Translations under genes and position numbers: made by a program | The notes under the pieces: model-generated | What the model was told of the DNA's origin: nothing | The model's input: the letters and a program-made list of their open reading frames with translations, nothing else | The model's database searches: none | Shown here: one piece after another, positions 20,325 to 30,847 of the stretch | How positions within the stretch are numbered: the first letter of the stretch is position 1 | Layout of the letters: every line of letters starts with the position of its first letter | Assembly: GCA_021810605.1 (NCBI GenBank) | Contig: JAJZIL010000005.1 | Coordinates: 1-55,396 of the forward strand | Length of the DNA: 55,396 nt | Direction: 5' to 3' | DNA from: a bacterium | Lineage (GTDB): Bacteria > Patescibacteriota > Dojkabacteria > JAKAPS01 > JAJZLI01

Positions 20325-21759
20325 CTAATACTATCACCATCCATATTTGAAGAATATATAGTGTTGAGAAAGTTAGGTATTGAAGGAGTATTCCACATAA
20401 AGCTGCAAATGATGATACTAGTAAAATTTTCTCTAGTGAATTTTCATTATTTTTTACTTTATATGCTTTTATAAAATTCGAAAATATTTTATATATTAAG
20501 AATATAAATAGTACAAATCCTACAATCCCTGTTTCTGCAAGTATTTCTAAATATTCATTATTTACAATAGCCCACCCATATCCTTCTATTTGTCCAAAAT
20601 TTTGAGGTGGGGTTATAAATGGATTTATAGCCATATATGGTCCAAAACCTCCTATTCCTATTCCAAAAATAGGATTAGATGAGAATGCTTGTAGTGCATT
20701 ATTATCTAGATATGTTCTATCTACGGATTGCAAATTTGTTGCTCTTGCAATTATTTTATTAGCAAAATTAGGGAGTTTATTTAATTTATATAGTCCAAAT
20801 ATTCCAATGGATATTACTACTATAGCAATAAGGATTGTATATATGATATTTTTTTTAATTTTATAATTTATTAGAAAAACTAAAAATAGTATAAATATAG
20901 CAAAAGCCTCTCCTATCCATGCTCCTCGTGCATAAGTTAGTAGAAGGTTTATTCCTCCAAGTATTAGTGCTGCTAGTGCAATATATATATCATTCTTTTT
21001 AAGTATATTTTTACTCTTATTAAATATCAAAAGTCCGATAGCCAGAGTTATAGTAAATATTAGATATGTTCCATAATAAAGAGGTTCTACTTCTGTAGCC
21101 TGTATTCTAGGGTAACCTAGAACATTTTTAACATAAGGTGCTCTTAATCCAAGTACTGATCCTGGTAGATTTAGAATATTTCCAAAGTATTGATATAATC
21201 CAAAAATAGAAAGAGCTATTGTTACAGTAAAAAGAATATTAGGTATATATTTTATATATTTTGTATCAAAAAAATTTAAGGGTATTGCATAGTAGATGAT
21301 ATATGTAATAAGTGTAAATAATAATATTTCTATACTTCTTGTCATATTTAAAGCATTAGTCAAAGATAGTATATTTGCAATAATAAGTGCTAGCACAATA
21401 AGAAGAGTTGCATCTTTTTTAATTTTAAAATTCTTATTTATTAGAGATGATATTATAAATGATACTGCACTAATTCCTATTATTATCTGGTCAAATCTTA
21501 TATGTATAGAATGAATATAAAATCCTCCAATATTCTCAAAAGGCATAATTGCAAATGTTATAAGTATTCCTATTGTTGGATTTTTAAGTATTACTATAGT
21601 AGATAGTACTAATATTAATATTATGACAAATATTAACGGTATAAAATTTATAGGTGTTGCGAAAATTTTATCTGATAGAACAAGTATAAATATACTTACT
21701 ATAAGTACTGATATATAGTAAAATTTATTAGGGAGGATATAATTTATAATTTTTTTCAT
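20290..21759 (-). CDS. O-antigen ligase/Wzy_C family membrane protein
   Basis: TYARGAW, NPIFGIGIGGF, NEYLEILAETGIVG. Confidence 0.88.
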   Translation of the reverse strand: MKKIINYILPNKFYYISVLIVSIFILVLSDKIFATPINFIPLIFVIILILVLSTIVILKNPTIGILITFAIMPFENIGGFYIHSIHIRFDQIIIGISAVSFIISSLINKNFKIKKDATLLIVLALIIANILSLTNALNMTRSIEILLFTLITYIIYYAIPLNFFDTKYIKYIPNILFTVTIALSIFGLYQYFGNILNLPGSVLGLRAPYVKNVLGYPRIQATEVEPLYYGTYLIFTITLAIGLLIFNKSKNILKKNDIYIALAALILGGINLLLTYARGAWIGEAFAIFILFLVFLINYKIKKNIIYTILIAIVVISIGIFGLYKLNKLPNFANKIIARATNLQSVDRTYLDNNALQAFSSNPIFGIGIGGFGPYMAINPFITPPQNFGQIEGYGWAIVNNEYLEILAETGIVGFVLFIFLIYKIFSNFIKAYKVKNNENSLEKILLVSSFAALCGILLQYLTFSTLYILQIWMVIVLVEILSFKIIND

Positions 21760-22295
21760 TTTATTACCTCAAATTTTTTAAATTCATTAGGATTATCTAA
21801 ATATTCTAGATAGACATTTTCCACATTTGTTTTTGGAAAACCTTTTGATATTAAATCTATTATACTATATATACTATCATAAGATCCTTCCATTTTGGAA
21901 TCTACATATCCATCTTCTGTTCTTTTGATCCATCCATAAATACCCATTTTATCTGCATATCTTTTTGTAATAGTTTCAAATGATGAATTTTGAAAAAGTC
22001 CATAAATTTTAATATATACCTTTATCTTTACTAAAGATTTATCTTTTACTATAGAGAAACTTTTGAGATCTCCTATATATTTAATTTTTTTGAAAGTTAT
22101 TTGTTTTTTCCCTCTAGAGAAAAAATTATTATTATGTTTTTCAATAATTGATTCGAGTAGATCTTCTCTACCTTCTAATTCTCCTATAGAATTGGTAGTA
22201 TTAATGTAACCATAGATCTCTTTAGATTTTACTAATCGAGAGAGTAATTTATAATTGATGTCACCTTTTATTAAGAGTCTTATTTTCCTATCCAC
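21756..22295 (-). CDS. Degenerate acylphosphatase-fold protein, probably two tandem domains
   Basis: C-terminal IYGLFQ...ADKMGIYGWIK..EDG.V...EG...FEV pattern; weaker copy (IKG...EIYGYI...ELEG...SFSI) in the N-terminal half. Confidence 0.6.
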   Translation of the reverse strand: MDRKIRLLIKGDINYKLLSRLVKSKEIYGYINTTNSIGELEGREDLLESIIEKHNNNFFSRGKKQITFKKIKYIGDLKSFSIVKDKSLVKIKVYIKIYGLFQNSSFETITKRYADKMGIYGWIKRTEDGYVDSKMEGSYDSIYSIIDLISKGFPKTNVENVYLEYLDNPNEFKKFEVIK

Positions 22296-22336
22296 TTATA
22301 AATTCTGTAATCTAAATAAAAATTATATCATATATT

Positions 22337-22873
22337 TTAAAAGTCTATTCCGATTTTTGCGAGTTTTCCTTTTGAGTATGTATGTTTTATTTCTTTCATT
22401 TCTGTAACAGTATCTGCCAGATCTATAATTCTTTTATCTGCATAATTTCCTGTAAGTATAAGATCAGTAGTAGGATTCTTCAATTTTATTATATCAAGAA
22501 TATCTTGTATAGTTATAAGTTTTCCATGTGCTGCATAATTAATTTCGTCAAGTATTACTATATCATTAGATTCTTTTATAACTTCTTTTTTAGCGATTTC
22601 TATTGCTTCTCTAGCAATTTTTTTATGTTCTTTAAAAGGGAGTTTATCATCTATAATCCCTACAAAACCTTTTCCATGTGTTATAAGTTTAAAATTAGGA
22701 GCTAATTTTTTAAAGCTTTTTTTTTCACCATAAAACCAAGATCCTTTTATAAATTGTATCATAACTCCATGTAGATCATAACCACAGGCTCTAAGAGCTA
22801 TTCCTAGAGCTGCAGTTGTTTTTCCTTTTCCTCCTCCTGTATTAACAAGTATAATACCTTCTCCTCTTTTCAT
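22337..22873 (-). CDS. cobO: Cob(I)alamin adenosyltransferase, CobA/CobO/BtuR type
   Basis: GKGKTTAALG, IQFIKG, ILDEIN, ILTG, ADTVTEM...KH, GIDF C-terminus. Confidence 0.95.
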   Translation of the reverse strand: MKRGEGIILVNTGGGKGKTTAALGIALRACGYDLHGVMIQFIKGSWFYGEKKSFKKLAPNFKLITHGKGFVGIIDDKLPFKEHKKIAREAIEIAKKEVIKESNDIVILDEINYAAHGKLITIQDILDIIKLKNPTTDLILTGNYADKRIIDLADTVTEMKEIKHTYSKGKLAKIGIDF

Positions 22874-22876
22874 TAT

Positions 22877-25123
22877 TTAGACTGAGCAATATGAGTATCC
22901 ACAACTTGGACAAGTTGCACAACCCTCTTTCAATTCCATTTTTTCATTACATTCAGGACATCTTTCTGAATTAGATAACTGAGATTTATCTGATATAACT
23001 GATATTTTCTTTTTTTCTGTTTCAGCTTTTTTATCTTTTAGTAGATTTAATACTTGTATATCTCTTGATCCATCTCTATAAACAGTACACCCTTTACATT
23101 TTAGTTCCCAAGCAAGTATATATCCTTTCATAACATCATCTTTTGTAGCTGAGTTAGGAAAATTACATGTTTTTGATATTGCATTATCTGTATATTTTTG
23201 GAATGCAGCTTGTATTTTGATGTGATTTTCAGCTGATATATCCATTGCAACAACAAAAGTATCTTTAATATCTTTTGGGATTCCTTTTATATTTTGTAAT
23301 GAACCTTCCATTGCAATTTGCTCAATAATTTCTTCTGAGTAAATACCTTTTTCTTTTAGAGCTTTTTCTAAATGTTTATTAGTATAATAGAGTTTTTGTC
23401 CTCCCATAACTTCTTTATAGTATGATAGTGCAAAATAAGGTTCTACTCCAGAGGATACATCATATATCATAGATATGGATCCAGTTGGAGCTACAGTAGT
23501 AAGAGCTGCATTTCTCATTTTGATTTTATCTTTCTTGTATATTGAAAGATCGTAATTAGGGAATACTCCTTTTTCTTTTGCAAGTTGTTGAGATGCAGCA
23601 TGAGCTTCTTCATTTATTATCTTCATTACTTTTGAAGCCATTTTCAAGCCTTCTTCTGAATCATATCTTATTTTCAATAGGTATAATAAATCTGCAAAAC
23701 CCATTATTCCTAGTCCAATTCTTCTATTTCCTCTAAATACTTTATTTATTCTCTCTACTGGGTATTCAGATATATCTATAACATTATCAAGAAGTCGTAT
23801 AGATATTCGAGTTACTTCTTTGAGTCTTTCTTCATTTAATTTCCCATTTTTAACGAATTTCTCTAGGTTTATAGATCCAAGATTACAGACATCTCCATCT
23901 TGTAGGAATTGTTCTCCACAAGGATTACATGCCTCAATTCTACCTAATTCTGGTACTGGATTTTTCCTATTAACTTCATCTAGAAATACTATTCCAGGTT
24001 CTCCGTTACTCCATGCTGCAGATACAATTTCTTCAAATAATTCTTTTGCAGTTAGTGTAGATTCTTTAATATCAACTACTACTCCATATTGATCTCTAAC
24101 TATAGTTCTAGGTTTCATTTTTTCTCCATTAAATTCACAAATCCAAGGCTTTTTACTATTAGAGACTACTTCTTTCATAAATCTATCAGTTATTCCAACT
24201 GATATATTGAAATTTTTAATTTCACCTTCTACCCTTTTAGCATTTATAAAATCTAGTATGTCAGGGTGTTCTACAGACATTACTGCCATATTAGCTCCAT
24301 GTCTTCCTTGTTGTTTAATAACTCCAAAAGCTTCGTTATAGACTTTTAAGAATGATACAGGTCCTGATGCTACTCCTTTAGTTCTAATAGTTCTCATTCC
24401 TGCAGGTCTGAGTAGATGAAAAGGAAATCCTAATCCTGATCCTGACTGTTGAAGAAGGGCTGCATCTTTCAATGTTTCAAATATACCTCTCATACTATCT
24501 TCCATATGAAGGACAATACAGTTAGCAACTAGTTTAGTATCTGATCCAGCATTTGTGAGTGTTCTTCCAGCTGGGGTAAATTCAAAATTGTATAGAATCT
24601 CTTTAAATTGTTCCTCTATTTTTTTTATACTTTCTTTATCTTTTCCATATAATTTTTCTACTTCCGCAAGAGATTTTGCTACTCTATTAAACATATCTTC
24701 TGGAGATTCTATGATTTTTCCAGTAATAGCATCTCTTTTAAGGTATCTTCCTGCAACAACTCTAAGAGCATTTTCGGTAAATGGAAGATTTGTAGTAAAT
24801 CCTTCCATAAGTTTTTCCTGGCTAGCTCTAATCTTTGAATGTTCTTCTCTATAAAGGATATATGATTTAGCAATTCGATGAAATCTCTCATCGTTTTGAG
24901 CCATAAGAGTAATTTCTACTACATCTTGTATTTGTTCTACATTAGGTATTTTATCTCCATATTTTTTATTGAGTATAGCTATAACTTTTGATGATAATTC
25001 TTCAGCATCTTCTTCCTTAAAATCTTTTAAAGCTGCATCTCCTGCCTTTTTTATAGCTTGAGTAATTTTGTTTGAGTCAAATGATACAGACGTACCATCC
25101 CTTTTGATTATTTTTTTAATCAT
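22877..25123 (-). CDS. nrdJ: Adenosylcobalamin-dependent (class II) ribonucleotide reductase with N-terminal ATP cone
   Basis: IIKRDG ATP cone, NPCGEQ, CNLGSINL, APTGSIS, YRDGSR, C-terminal CPEC...EGCATCPSCGYSYC; cobO directly downstream, no nrdB nearby. Confidence 0.94.
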   Translation of the reverse strand: MIKKIIKRDGTSVSFDSNKITQAIKKAGDAALKDFKEEDAEELSSKVIAILNKKYGDKIPNVEQIQDVVEITLMAQNDERFHRIAKSYILYREEHSKIRASQEKLMEGFTTNLPFTENALRVVAGRYLKRDAITGKIIESPEDMFNRVAKSLAEVEKLYGKDKESIKKIEEQFKEILYNFEFTPAGRTLTNAGSDTKLVANCIVLHMEDSMRGIFETLKDAALLQQSGSGLGFPFHLLRPAGMRTIRTKGVASGPVSFLKVYNEAFGVIKQQGRHGANMAVMSVEHPDILDFINAKRVEGEIKNFNISVGITDRFMKEVVSNSKKPWICEFNGEKMKPRTIVRDQYGVVVDIKESTLTAKELFEEIVSAAWSNGEPGIVFLDEVNRKNPVPELGRIEACNPCGEQFLQDGDVCNLGSINLEKFVKNGKLNEERLKEVTRISIRLLDNVIDISEYPVERINKVFRGNRRIGLGIMGFADLLYLLKIRYDSEEGLKMASKVMKIINEEAHAASQQLAKEKGVFPNYDLSIYKKDKIKMRNAALTTVAPTGSISMIYDVSSGVEPYFALSYYKEVMGGQKLYYTNKHLEKALKEKGIYSEEIIEQIAMEGSLQNIKGIPKDIKDTFVVAMDISAENHIKIQAAFQKYTDNAISKTCNFPNSATKDDVMKGYILAWELKCKGCTVYRDGSRDIQVLNLLKDKKAETEKKKISVISDKSQLSNSERCPECNEKMELKEGCATCPSCGYSYCSV

Positions 25124-25155
25124 GATGTTTGAGTTGGACTAATTTTAGTAATAGA

Positions 25156-25184
25156 AATATATTCTTAATGAAAAATTTTGTCAA
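25156..25184 (-). promoter_or_regulatory. Sigma70-type promoter of nrdJ-cobO
   Basis: TTGACA-17 nt-TATATT on the minus strand, about 30 nt upstream of the ATG. Confidence 0.6.
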
Positions 25185-25201
25185 ATATGGTGTATATATA
25201 T

Positions 25202-25444
25202 TTATTTTACAGGATCTTCTCCACCTTTAGAAAATGGATTGCATCGAAGAATTCTATAAAATCCAATTATAGAGCCTTTAATTAATCCATATTTATCAAT
25301 TGCCTGATAGGTATATTCTGAACAGGTAGGATTATATCTGCAATATCCTTGAGGAAATTTTGAATGAAATATTCCATGATCTGGGGATATTGTTCTTTGG
25401 TATAACCTTATTAATTTTAAAAAAGGTTTTCTTATCTCTTTCAT
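25202..25444 (-). CDS. yidD: Membrane protein insertion efficiency factor
   Basis: [33 protein letters not shown]. Confidence 0.95.
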   Translation of the reverse strand: MKEIRKPFLKLIRLYQRTISPDHGIFHSKFPQGYCRYNPTCSEYTYQAIDKYGLIKGSIIGFYRILRCNPFSKGGEDPVK

Positions 25445-25447
25445 TAT

Positions 25448-26683
25448 TTAGAAAAATATTAAAAGACTAGCTCCAACCATTATTATTAATGATAGAATTG
25501 AGAAAAAATTATCAAATATTTTATTTGTATTATTTCCCATAATTTTTTTGTTATTTGCAATTATTATAATGAATATAACAATCAGAGGTGCTAGTATACC
25601 ATCTAATACCTGAGAATAGTAGAGAGCATTTATTGTATTTACTTTAAATATAGCAAAAACAAACCCTGAAAGAAGAGATGCAATTATTATATAGTAGAAT
25701 AATTTTCTTTCTTTAAATTTATTTGATAGAAATCCCCTTTTTTGAGTAAGTTCAGTAAATGCATATGATGAAGATATAGCAAGTACAGGTATGGCAATAA
25801 GACCTGCTGATATTATTCCAATAGCAAATAGTTGTTCAGTAATAGCTCCTGCTAGAGGTTTTAGTACTGATGCAGTAGTAATTGCGGGATATGGAGAATT
25901 GAGTATATTAATATGATGTTTGTATAGAGTTGCACCTGCAGCTGTAATGATAAAGATAGTCATAACTTGAGAAAATATAAATCCTACACTTACAGCTTTA
26001 CGTTCTTTTTTTGCAAATGATAATATTCTTTTCTCCTCTTGTTCTTCTTCTTGTTGCCAGAAAAGTAGATATGGTGAGATTGTAGTTCCAAGTATTCCTG
26101 TTGCAGTTATTGCATAATTCTTATTGAAAAATTGAGAGATATTAGGAATAAAAGTACCTTTAAGTACTGCAAATACATTTGGATGTACTAATAGAACAGT
26201 TATAAAGTACGCTAGAAAGACTAGAGATCCAAAAAACATATATTTAGCTATTTTCTGATAATTTTTAAATATTATTATATACGATAGAAAAAGGAATAAA
26301 GGTATCAGTATATAGTATGTATTAGAAGTATTATTTGTAAAGAACATGTCAATTGATGCTGATGTTGCAAGCATATCAGCTCCAATTGTAAATGTATTAC
26401 ATACAATAAGGATAGCAAATATACCAAAAGCTACAATTCTTCCATACTCATTTTTCAGTATTTCGTTGAGCCCTTTTTTTGTTACGACTCCAATTCTTGC
26501 AATAGTACCTTGAATTGCTATAAGCATAGGAATACTTATAAGCATTAGCCAGTTTTGTGAATATCCAAATTGTGATCCTGATATTGAGTAGGTTGATATT
26601 CCAGCTGGATCATTATCGGCAGCACCTGTTATTACTCCTGGTCTTATATCATCTATATATTTTTTTATTTTTGATTCACTCAT
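25448..26683 (-). CDS. NRAMP-family divalent metal transporter
   Basis: PGVITGAADNDPAGISTYS, GTTISPY motifs. Confidence 0.9.
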   Translation of the reverse strand: MSESKIKKYIDDIRPGVITGAADNDPAGISTYSISGSQFGYSQNWLMLISIPMLIAIQGTIARIGVVTKKGLNEILKNEYGRIVAFGIFAILIVCNTFTIGADMLATSASIDMFFTNNTSNTYYILIPLFLFLSYIIIFKNYQKIAKYMFFGSLVFLAYFITVLLVHPNVFAVLKGTFIPNISQFFNKNYAITATGILGTTISPYLLFWQQEEEQEEKRILSFAKKERKAVSVGFIFSQVMTIFIITAAGATLYKHHINILNSPYPAITTASVLKPLAGAITEQLFAIGIISAGLIAIPVLAISSSYAFTELTQKRGFLSNKFKERKLFYYIIIASLLSGFVFAIFKVNTINALYYSQVLDGILAPLIVIFIIIIANNKKIMGNNTNKIFDNFFSILSLIIMVGASLLIFF

Positions 26684-27252
26684 TTGGATTTTATTACTAC
26701 ATTTTTAGTTAAGGTTATCTTACTTATTTCATTTCCTATGAGAGGATCAAGTATTTTTTTATTCTCTTTTATTATATATCTTCCTATTGTTGATTGTTCT
26801 ATTCCTAATTTTATATTTGATTGATCTGGGAAAAAATTTATATTAATGATAATAAATATTAGAAAACTTATAAGTATGAGAGCTTCTGTAAATGAAAGTG
26901 CAACGCCTATATATTTATTTATTGCAGAAGATCTAAATTCTTTTGGGATTTTTTTATAAAAAAATCCTGAGAGTATTTCAAATAGAATTATTACTATAAT
27001 AAATGTTACTACTATAGCAATAAATCTATTTAATCCAAGAGATATGTGAAATATTTTGTCTAATAGTCCTCCTCCAAATGAGTAATACCTAACAGATATT
27101 ATATATGCAATTATTAATCCTAAGAATCCTGTAATAATACGAACTCCTCCATCAGTGTATCCTCTATATACATATATAATGAATATTATAATAATGATTA
27201 TATTTATAGAATTCATATATAGTATATTATTGTGTTTTAATTTAAGTTGCAA
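26680..27252 (-). CDS. cvpA: CvpA (colicin V production) family membrane protein; true start likely MNSIN
   Basis: RGY..GG.R pattern, four TM segments, INKYIG. Confidence 0.8.
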   Translation of the reverse strand: MQLKLKHNNILYMNSINIIIIIIFIIYVYRGYTDGGVRIITGFLGLIIAYIISVRYYSFGGGLLDKIFHISLGLNRFIAIVVTFIIVIILFEILSGFFYKKIPKEFRSSAINKYIGVALSFTEALILISFLIFIIININFFPDQSNIKLGIEQSTIGRYIIKENKKILDPLIGNEISKITLTKNVVIKSK

Positions 27253-27283
27253 TAGTCTATAATAAAAATATAAAAACCTTTCT

Positions 27284-27310
27284 TTAATGATCCATTAATG
27301 TTTGTTTAAT
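27284..27310 (+). promoter_or_regulatory. Candidate OmpR/PhoB-type binding site upstream of htrA-RR-HK
   Basis: TTAAT at 27284, 27295 and 27306: three direct repeats at an exact 11-bp period. Confidence 0.45.
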
Positions 27311-27355
27311 ATATTGTTCTAGTAAATTTGTATATATTAGTTTAGTTAATTTTTT

Positions 27356-28642
27356 ATGGAAAAGAATATTTCTGAAATAAAACCAGAGGAAGGAAGCTCT
27401 GTAGAAGATAAATCTTTCGATTATATAACAAGAAAAGATCTTAAAAAGACCATGACTTTTGTTATTATTGTAACAATTGTTTTCTCAGCAGTGCTGGGGG
27501 CATTTTTTGGATTTTTAACATCTTCAGTATTTAGTAACAATAATATCAATAATATTCAATATTCTGCGACTGGAGCAAAGGTACAAAATTTACCAGTGGT
27601 TAATGAGCAGTCTGCTGTTGTTGCTGCAGTTAAAAAAACTAATCCTTCTGTTGTAAGTATAGTTATATCTCAATATGTATCAAATAGTAATAATTTAAAT
27701 AATCTTTTTAATTTTCTTAACTCAGGTGGTAGTAGTAGTAGTAATGGTAGTGGTGGTTCTTCTGGTAGTACACTTCAAGAAGTTGGAGCAGGTTCTGGTT
27801 TTATAATATCTTCAAATGGTTATATTCTTACTAATAAGCATGTAGTTTCAGGTTCAGGTGATTCATATACAGTAATAATGAATAATGGGAAGCAGTATAA
27901 TGCACATGTTGTATCTCTGGATCCAACTAATGATCTTGCTGTAGTAAAGATTAATGCTACGAATCTTCCTTATCTTACATTAGGAAATTCCTCTACTTTG
28001 CAATTAGGACAAGGTGTTATAGCTATAGGTAATGCTTTAGGGCAGTATCAAAATACAATAGATACAGGAGTTGTATCTGGTTTAGATAGGACTGTTCAAG
28101 CTCAAGATCCTTCTTCAGGTGCAGTTGAGACATTAAATAATGTAATACAGACGGATGCTGAAATTAATCCTGGAAATTCTGGTGGACCTCTTTTAAATCT
28201 TGCAGGTCAAGTAATTGGAATTAATACTGCTGTTGCATCAACTGCACATGGTATTGGATTTGCAATTCCTATTAATCAGGCAAGAGCTGATGTAGCTTCT
28301 GTACTTAAGAATGGAAAGATAATAAAACCAGAATTAGGTGTTCAGTATGAGCCAGTAACTCCAGGTTTACAGAAATCTAAACATTTAAAATATAGTTATG
28401 GGGCTCTTATAGTATCAAGTTCAACTAATCCTGGAATAGTACCAAATTCTCCTGCTTCTAGAGCTGGTCTTAAGACTGGAGAGGTAATACTTGCAGTGAA
28501 TGGTCAGGATGTAAATTCTACTAATCCATTAAGTTATTTAATAGGAGAACAACAAATTAATAGTACTATAACACTTAAAATTTATACTAATAGTGGTAGT
28601 ATTAAAAATGTTTCAGTTACACTGAATGAAGTTTTTAAATAA
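27356..28642 (+). CDS. htrA: HtrA/DegP-like serine protease with PDZ domain
   Basis: TM anchor, GSGFII, LTNKHVV, DLAVVK, IQTDAEINPGNSGGPL, PDZ (SPASRAGLK). Confidence 0.95.
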   Translation: MEKNISEIKPEEGSSVEDKSFDYITRKDLKKTMTFVIIVTIVFSAVLGAFFGFLTSSVFSNNNINNIQYSATGAKVQNLPVVNEQSAVVAAVKKTNPSVVSIVISQYVSNSNNLNNLFNFLNSGGSSSSNGSGGSSGSTLQEVGAGSGFIISSNGYILTNKHVVSGSGDSYTVIMNNGKQYNAHVVSLDPTNDLAVVKINATNLPYLTLGNSSTLQLGQGVIAIGNALGQYQNTIDTGVVSGLDRTVQAQDPSSGAVETLNNVIQTDAEINPGNSGGPLLNLAGQVIGINTAVASTAHGIGFAIPINQARADVASVLKNGKIIKPELGVQYEPVTPGLQKSKHLKYSYGALIVSSSTNPGIVPNSPASRAGLKTGEVILAVNGQDVNSTNPLSYLIGEQQINSTITLKIYTNSGSIKNVSVTLNEVFK

Positions 28643-28645
28643 ATT

Positions 28646-29329
28646 ATGGTAGAGAATAGATATAGTAAAGTTCTAGTAGTTGAAGATGAACGAAAGATAT
28701 CTAATTTTATTAAGAGGGGTCTTTTAGATTCAGGATATTCTGTAGATACAGCATTTACAGGAGAGGAGGCATTAGATAAAATACATGATGAGTATAATCT
28801 TATTATTCTTGATTTAATGCTTCCTGATATGGATGGGTTTGATATTTGTGCAAAGATTAGAAGATCAAAAATACAAACTCCAGTTTTAATGTTAACTGCT
28901 AGAAATTCAACAGAAGATAAAATTAAAGGTTTAGATATTGGTGCAGATGATTATCTAACCAAACCTTTTGCTATAGGAGAACTACTTTCTAGAATAAAAG
29001 CTTTGTTAAGGAGATCACCTTCAATTATAGATGGTATTATTAGTGTAGGTGATTTAACTCTTAATACTAAAACATATGAGGTTTTTCGAAATGGAGTTCA
29101 AATAGAGCTTTCTCAGAAAGAATTTTCGATATTGGAGTATTTAATGGTAAATGAAGGTGTAGTATTGACTCGTACAATGATTGAGGATCATGCTTGGGAT
29201 TATGAATTTGAGGGCTTTTCTAATGTTGTAGATGTTTATATAAGGATGTTAAGAAAAAAAATAGATGATGGATATAAAGAAAAAATTATCAAAACAGTTC
29301 GGGGTGTGGGTTACAAAGTTAAAGGATGA
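28646..29329 (+). CDS. OmpR-family response regulator
   Basis: VVEDE, DLMLP, LTAR, GADDYLTKPF, winged helix NVVDVYI..LRKK, TVRGVGY. Confidence 0.96.
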   Translation: MVENRYSKVLVVEDERKISNFIKRGLLDSGYSVDTAFTGEEALDKIHDEYNLIILDLMLPDMDGFDICAKIRRSKIQTPVLMLTARNSTEDKIKGLDIGADDYLTKPFAIGELLSRIKALLRRSPSIIDGIISVGDLTLNTKTYEVFRNGVQIELSQKEFSILEYLMVNEGVVLTRTMIEDHAWDYEFEGFSNVVDVYIRMLRKKIDDGYKEKIIKTVRGVGYKVKG

Positions 29330-30722
29330 TCCTATATTTTCAACTTTAAAGTTTAAGTTTTTATTTTGGAACATCATTCTTTCTACTGTATCTATTGCTG
29401 TTATTCTTTTAGTATTTTTTGAAACTACTCAATATATACTCTACTCTCAATTCAATTCTAACTTACTTTATACTGCAAACGAAGTCTCTTCTATTGTAGG
29501 TCATTCGAGTTCATCATTTAGTGCTAATAAGGTATCTCAGTTCCATAATAAAAAATTTATTGGTTATTTTATTGTTGTACTTAATTCTAATGGTCATGTT
29601 GTAGCAGAATCAAATAATATAAAGCTTAATAGTAGTTTTATTACAAGTGTCTTTAATGCAATTCAGGATAAGACTAATTCTTCAGTATTTACACAAAAGA
29701 TAGGTAATCAAGATCTATCTTTAATATCAATTCCTACATTTAATAGTTTTGGAGATCTTTCTGGAGTTGTTATTGTAGGTAATTCTATTAATATAATTCA
29801 TGATACTCTACATACACTATTGATAGTGATGTTTTTTATGGCACTTATATTTATTTTTATAGTAGTGCTATTTACTTTTTATTTTTCTGATAAGATTACT
29901 GACCCTTTAGCAGATATAACATCTCAGATAGTATCTATAACAGGATTTAACTTAAATCAAAGGATTAAGACTAAGAACTATGATAAAGAATTTAATACTA
30001 TGTCTGAAGAATTTAATAAGCTTCTAAATAGATTAGAGAATACTTTTGATAGAGAAAAGAGTTTTATAAATGATGTAGCTCATGAAATAAAAACGCCATT
30101 AGCAATAATTAATGGTGAGACTGAGCTTTATTTAAAGAGTAAAAAAGATGATATAGTATCATATAAAAAGATGTTGGATGCTAATTTGTATCAAGCAAGA
30201 AAAATTGAGAAAGTTTTAAATGATGTATTATCTTTAGCAAGGGTAGAATATAATACTTCATCTTATATAACTGAAAAGATTGATATACAGTCTCTACTCT
30301 CAGAGATTGCAATGGATATGAAGATTATTGCACAAACAAAAGGTATTGAATGTAATTATATTATAAATGGTAAAGATTTTTATGTTTTTTCGAATAAGGA
30401 AAATTTATCAAAGGCAATTTTGAATATTTTAACTAATTCTATTAAATATACAAAGAAAGGTAGTGTTATTCTTTCTTTATCAAAAAAGGCGAAGAATATA
30501 TTTATTAGTATAGAAGATACGGGTATTGGTATTAAAGAGGAAGATTTACCTAAAATCTTTAATAGATTTTATAGATCACCAAATGTTAGAAATATTGAGG
30601 GTACTGGGTTAGGATTATCTATTTCAAAGTCAATAATTGAGGGGTATAAAGGAACTATACTTGTGGAAAGTAAGATCTCTTTGGGTACAAAATTTACTAT
30701 AATTTTACCTGAATTTAGATAA
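29265..30722 (+). CDS. Sensor histidine kinase (2 TM, HAMP, HisKA, HATPase); start uncertain
   Basis: AHEIKTPL, NILTNSIKY, DTGIGI, FNRFYR, GTGLGLSI. Confidence 0.95.
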   Translation: MMDIKKKLSKQFGVWVTKLKDDPIFSTLKFKFLFWNIILSTVSIAVILLVFFETTQYILYSQFNSNLLYTANEVSSIVGHSSSSFSANKVSQFHNKKFIGYFIVVLNSNGHVVAESNNIKLNSSFITSVFNAIQDKTNSSVFTQKIGNQDLSLISIPTFNSFGDLSGVVIVGNSINIIHDTLHTLLIVMFFMALIFIFIVVLFTFYFSDKITDPLADITSQIVSITGFNLNQRIKTKNYDKEFNTMSEEFNKLLNRLENTFDREKSFINDVAHEIKTPLAIINGETELYLKSKKDDIVSYKKMLDANLYQARKIEKVLNDVLSLARVEYNTSSYITEKIDIQSLLSEIAMDMKIIAQTKGIECNYIINGKDFYVFSNKENLSKAILNILTNSIKYTKKGSVILSLSKKAKNIFISIEDTGIGIKEEDLPKIFNRFYRSPNVRNIEGTGLGLSISKSIIEGYKGTILVESKISLGTKFTIILPEFR

Positions 30723-30847
30723 ACTAAATTTTATTCAATATCTATATTTTTCTGTATGAGTAAAGAAAAACTTTACATAATTTAGTAATATATGTTAATA
30801 TTAATTTAAGTTTTTATAAAACTGCCTTAAATTAATTTGAAATTCAA

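Noticed and set aside
25178-25193. NrdR box upstream of nrdJ (ACACCATATTTG)
   Set aside because: Only a half-site match, no second box, and it overlaps the -35 element
25124-25201. Cobalamin riboswitch before nrdJ
   Set aside because: Intergenic space is only 78 nt and lacks B12-box motifs
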